A stretch of 63,744 bases of DNA, filler included, from Rhabdomonas costata (taxonomy: Eukaryota): the NCBI GenBank assembly GCA_019059605.1. It is 51 parts of 51 records of this genome, joined end to end, with 100 filler letters (N's around TTAATTAATTAA, not from the genome) between each part and the next. Parts side by side here need not be neighbours in the genome. Positions count along the whole stretch, not along the records: positions 60,091 to 61,242 come from JAHMHO010026092.1; positions 61,343 to 62,493 come from JAHMHO010026093.1; positions 62,594 to 63,744 come from JAHMHO010026094.1; 48 more parts are not named here. One strand, 5' to 3'. The translations under genes and the position numbers were made by a program. How positions within the stretch are numbered: position 1 is the stretch's first letter; each line of letters starts with the position of its first letter. This document shows, one piece after another, positions 60,091-63,744 of this stretch. The notes beneath the pieces are model-generated. The model had not been told where the DNA came from and searched no databases. It saw only the letters and a program-made list of their open reading frames with translations.

Positions 60091-61242
60091 TTTTCTTCCT
60101 CGAACTCCATCAGCACGGCATCCCGCAGCATCAGCCACACCGCATCTTTCTATGCCACCTCTTCCCCTACTGCAACACCATCCCGCTCAGGTTCACCTAG
60201 TCCCTCCTTTCCGCCCACTCGATCCTTTTCGTTGACACCAACAGGCACCGCGAGTAATAATTACTCGTTGACGCTTTCACAGACCCTCAGTCAAACGGTC
60301 TCTTCCGCGATAGCAAGCAGCTTATCGATGTCCTTCACCGTTACTCGCACTCTGACCCCTTCTCGAACCTGCTCATCGACTTTCACGCAGCTTCGGTCGC
60401 ACTCTGCTTCATCTTCGCCGACAGCAACGCCAAGTGATTCTGCAACAAGCACGACCACAACTACGCAAACGCGAACTTTTTCTTGCTCTCAAAAGCTTAC
60501 TTCTACGAACACCTTTTCCACTCCCTTGACTCGCACAATGACGACCTCTGATTCGCTCTCCGCTTCTATGTCCAGCACCTTTATTTTGACGGCGTCCTTG
60601 TCGCATTCTCTCCTATCAACGAAAACGTCCACATCCACTCAGACAGCCTCCCTGAGTAAAACTAATTCTGCGACGTATACAACAAGTAATTCAGCATCAG
60701 TGCAACAAACGCTTTCCCTTTCTTTTTCGACGACTCCGTCCGCGACCTTTTGGAAGAGCAAGAGCCGCACTTCTTCATTTTCATCTGTACCCAGTCCAAC
60801 ATCTACGTATTCGCAAACGACTCATTGGACGGTGTCTGGCTCCTGTTCACCCTCCCCAACCCTGTCTCGCATACCTTACAGCCCGACACCATCGTCATCG
60901 CCTTCTCCCAGCTCGAGCTTGTCTGGCTCTCCAAGTATTTTACCCTCAGCAAGTGCAACGCTGTCGAAAGGATGCACATGCACGCGAACTTGCACGTCAT
61001 CTGTATCAGAGTCGGCCACGTCCACTCAGTCTTCGACTCGGCTCATGTCACGCACCTGCTCAAGCACATTCACGTCTTCTGCCCGCGTAACGGAGACGAC
61101 TTCAAATTCAAACTCGCTGACTGCATTTTCGACTGCGACTGTCACCAGAACGTCTTTGTTTACGAGAACGCTGTCGCTGACACACGGGCATACGTTCACA
61201 TCGAGCACCTCCTTTACTTCCTCCTCTACCCTCACAACACCC
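60091..61242 (+). CDS. Ser/Thr-rich mucin-like stalk region
   Basis: Whole contig open in one frame (>350 codons) with alternating TxTxSxS pattern and varied codons, so not a simple repeat. Confidence 0.8.
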
Positions 61243-61861
61243 NNNNNNNNNNNNNNNNNNNNNNNNNNNNNNNNNNNNNNNNNNNNTTAATTAATTAANN
61301 NNNNNNNNNNNNNNNNNNNNNNNNNNNNNNNNNNNNNNNNNNGTGATTTCCGGAGAGTTTAAGCATCATACACTTTCATGTGTGGGCAGCTCGAATGGGC
61401 GTCCATGTTGGTCGATTATCAGAGAATAAGGTAATCGGGTAATTTTTAGCTTGGTTTTTTATAGATTCAGAAGAATTTGGGTTTGAGCGTGAACGTTTCA
61501 ACAAAACGCCCAATTTCAAGGCAAGGAGTCCATTCCGATCACGATTTAACCCAACCCGCCACCACACCTCCTCGCTGGCAATGACAGTATAAGTAAAACC
61601 AAGGCTACTCTGCAGAAAAGCATTGTACAAAACATTGTAAAGCATTGTAACTTGAGAGCACCAAAGCAGGAAGTGAGTTACGTCACGCCAGGGAAACAGG
61701 GCTACAAAGGAAAAACTGTACAACAGCAACTTGTACAACAGGACAACACACCACACAGGATACGTGCTGTTGCAGGGAAAGGACCTTCCCACCCACACTG
61801 GCACAGGTTTGTGCACATCAAGATGTTCCGCCCACACTCCGCCGAGGGCGGGGCTCTGCTC

Positions 61862-62462
61862 TCAGGTCATCTGGAGACCATGTGCCAGAGCAGTTCCCGC
61901 GTTGCCCCGGACCCACTTGCGTAGCGTCCTGCGCAGCTCGTCCCACTCCTCAATCGAGCGGGTGGGTTTGGCCTTCCATTCCTCGACAAACTTGGAGAAC
62001 AGTCCCAGGAAGACCCGGTGCGCAACCTCGGCCAGGGAGCGCCTTTGGTTGGCCTGGCGGTGCAGGATCTTGTCCCGGACTAAGTCCAGAACCATCGCGG
62101 TAAAATTAATCGAGAGCAGCACAAACGGGAACTCGTGGGTCGCACTGGCGGCGGTGGCGAAAAAGGCCCGGCACTGGGCCGGGGCCTCCGACATGAAGAA
62201 CAGGCACTGCAGCAGGGCAAACATCCCGCTGCTGCGCAGGTCGGTCGCCGGGTCGCTGCCCTGAAAGCCGATTCTCTGGAAGCGGTCGCCCGTGGTGGAG
62301 CCCGTGGCGGGTTCCCCGGTGAGATGGGCGTAGATCGTGAGGAGCACCCGGCGGTGCTCCAGGATGCTGTGGTCCAGAGCCACTTTCTGGAAATGAAAGA
62401 TGAACCTGCGCTCGTCACTGAGGTCGGCATTCAGGCGCGGCGTGATGAGCTTCTCCAGGAAG
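61862..62462 (-). CDS. ELMO-domain protein (ELMOD3-like ARF/ARL GAP), terminal exon
   Basis: CAG acceptor 62463; HRRVLLTIYAHLTG...FQRIGFQGSDPATDLRSSGMFALLQCLFF...HEFPFVLLSINFT; TGA at 61862-61864. Confidence 0.92.
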
Positions 62463-63744
62463 CTGTGAGCAGGAAAAGGAACACCACACCAACNNNNNNN
62501 NNNNNNNNNNNNNNNNNNNNNNNNNNNNNNNNNNNNNTTAATTAATTAANNNNNNNNNNNNNNNNNNNNNNNNNNNNNNNNNNNNNNNNNNNNTTGTTGG
62601 GGGGAGGGAGCTGCGGGTCCCCACTGTTCCTCTGGCGTGCGGTCCCATTGCTCCTACCGCAATGGTGATTACGACCTGGTCAGGAATACGTAAATTGATC
62701 TTCTCCTCCACCGTGATTATCCACGGCGGGAAAATCTCTGGGTGACCGTCGTTCGGCGAGAACTCTGTCGACACTGCCTCCTCTGGTGCAGAAATCATAA
62801 CAGAATGTCTGACCTTGCTGGTCTTGAAGCGCTCCGCAGTACGGGAAGCCTCAATCATGGAAACGTACTCCTTCACCTTCGCCAGAACCTGAAGTATCGC
62901 AGATAAAGGCCGGGACCATCATCCCTCCTAGGCGGTCCACTGGGCAAGTCAAAGGGAAACGGTGTGTTCTGCAGTGCGATGCAGGCCTTCAAAACCAAAG
63001 GAAGCGGCCAAAAGTGCTGGGCTTGCGACCTTCTCATCCCTTCCAACACATACACATACGCATACACCTCGTCAGTATTCCACATCATTCAATGAATGAT
63101 CGGGTTCGTGCTCAGACCGATTGCACCTCAAAGAACCACCAAAAAACCAAAGAAGGAACACCAGGAAAGCTTCCCCCCAGCACAGCTCGCACATCTCGGC
63201 AACTGACGGAGGAGCCTAGTGTCCGCTTTGATCGGAAAAGTTGAATAAAAAAATAATAGAGGAGAAGTATGTGAATATATAACTTAGTTGCGCCGGGAAT
63301 CATTTACAGCCAGCTGCTGCAGATAGCCGTAGGTGTTCGCCAGCAACAAATCTTTGTTTCCCGTGCAGACGGCACGGCAAACCCAAGGTCTGCCTTCTGA
63401 GACTCACTCCATACCCAATACGCACTACTCTGCCTCGCTGGAACAGTTCAAAAGTTGAAAGATAAGACCCCCCCCGTACCGGGTCGGAAGCGCCTCCACC
63501 GGCGGCCTCTGAGGCAGCCGCTGCGGAAGGGGTCGCTGCAGCCTTGGGCCCGCCCGCAGCCTTGGATTTTGCGCCTGCGAGGAGAGCGTGATGAAATGAT
63601 TTGGGATTGGTTCGTTCGGAGCGTTCGCAGCCCCTCGTGAAATCACGAGACCACAGGAGCAAGCCCCGGATCGCAACGCGCATGTGGGAAGCAGATACCG
63701 AGGGCTTGTATTCAAGCCCTGGACCCCATCTGTAGCATTGCCAA

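Noticed and set aside
1..63744. Operon-like or clustered system spanning neighbouring genes; tRNA, rRNA or SL-RNA genes
   Set aside because: Neighbours across linkers are unrelated contigs of similar length; no tRNA T-loop/acceptor stem, rRNA or SL exon was recognised by eye (covariance-model search not run).

Overview
This window is not a contiguous locus. It is about 51 unrelated contigs of ~1.15 kb, joined by an artificial N44-TTAATTAATTAA-N44 linker (stops in all six frames), so gene order across linkers is meaningless and ORFs ending in 'XXXX/LIN' are artefacts. Most contigs start with G/T-only bases and end with A/C-only bases, and at least six carry terminal fold-back inverted repeats, which points to whole-genome-amplified DNA. 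The DNA is eukaryotic, GC-rich in exons, and dense in short GT-AG introns. A flagellated euglenozoan, most likely a euglenid, is my inference from the axonemal dynein, the E/R-rich 'EExxRxxI' repeat protein, the receptor-type nucleotide cyclase and the intron density; it is not verified. Recognisable gene fragments: propionyl-CoA carboxylase alpha, ERI1-like exonuclease, two F-box proteins, a PCIF1/CAPAM-like N6-adenosine methyltransferase, adenylate/guanylate cyclase, the FDX-ACB domain of a mitochondrial-type PheRS, ATG8, dynein heavy chain, bacterial-type acetolactate synthase, RCC1, DUF1308, TSP1 and EGF surface proteins, DTWD1, ankyrin, an A1 aspartic protease and an ELMOD protein. Decayed mobile elements include Tc1/mariner, Gypsy integrase, an RT fragment, a Merlin-like fragment and LINE remnants. 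I found no rRNA, tRNA or CRISPR, and I cannot demonstrate a complete new system. The best leads are an ATG8 gene apparently nested in a dynein intron, the PCIF1-like methyltransferase, and the bacterial-type enzyme/modules carrying spliceosomal sites.
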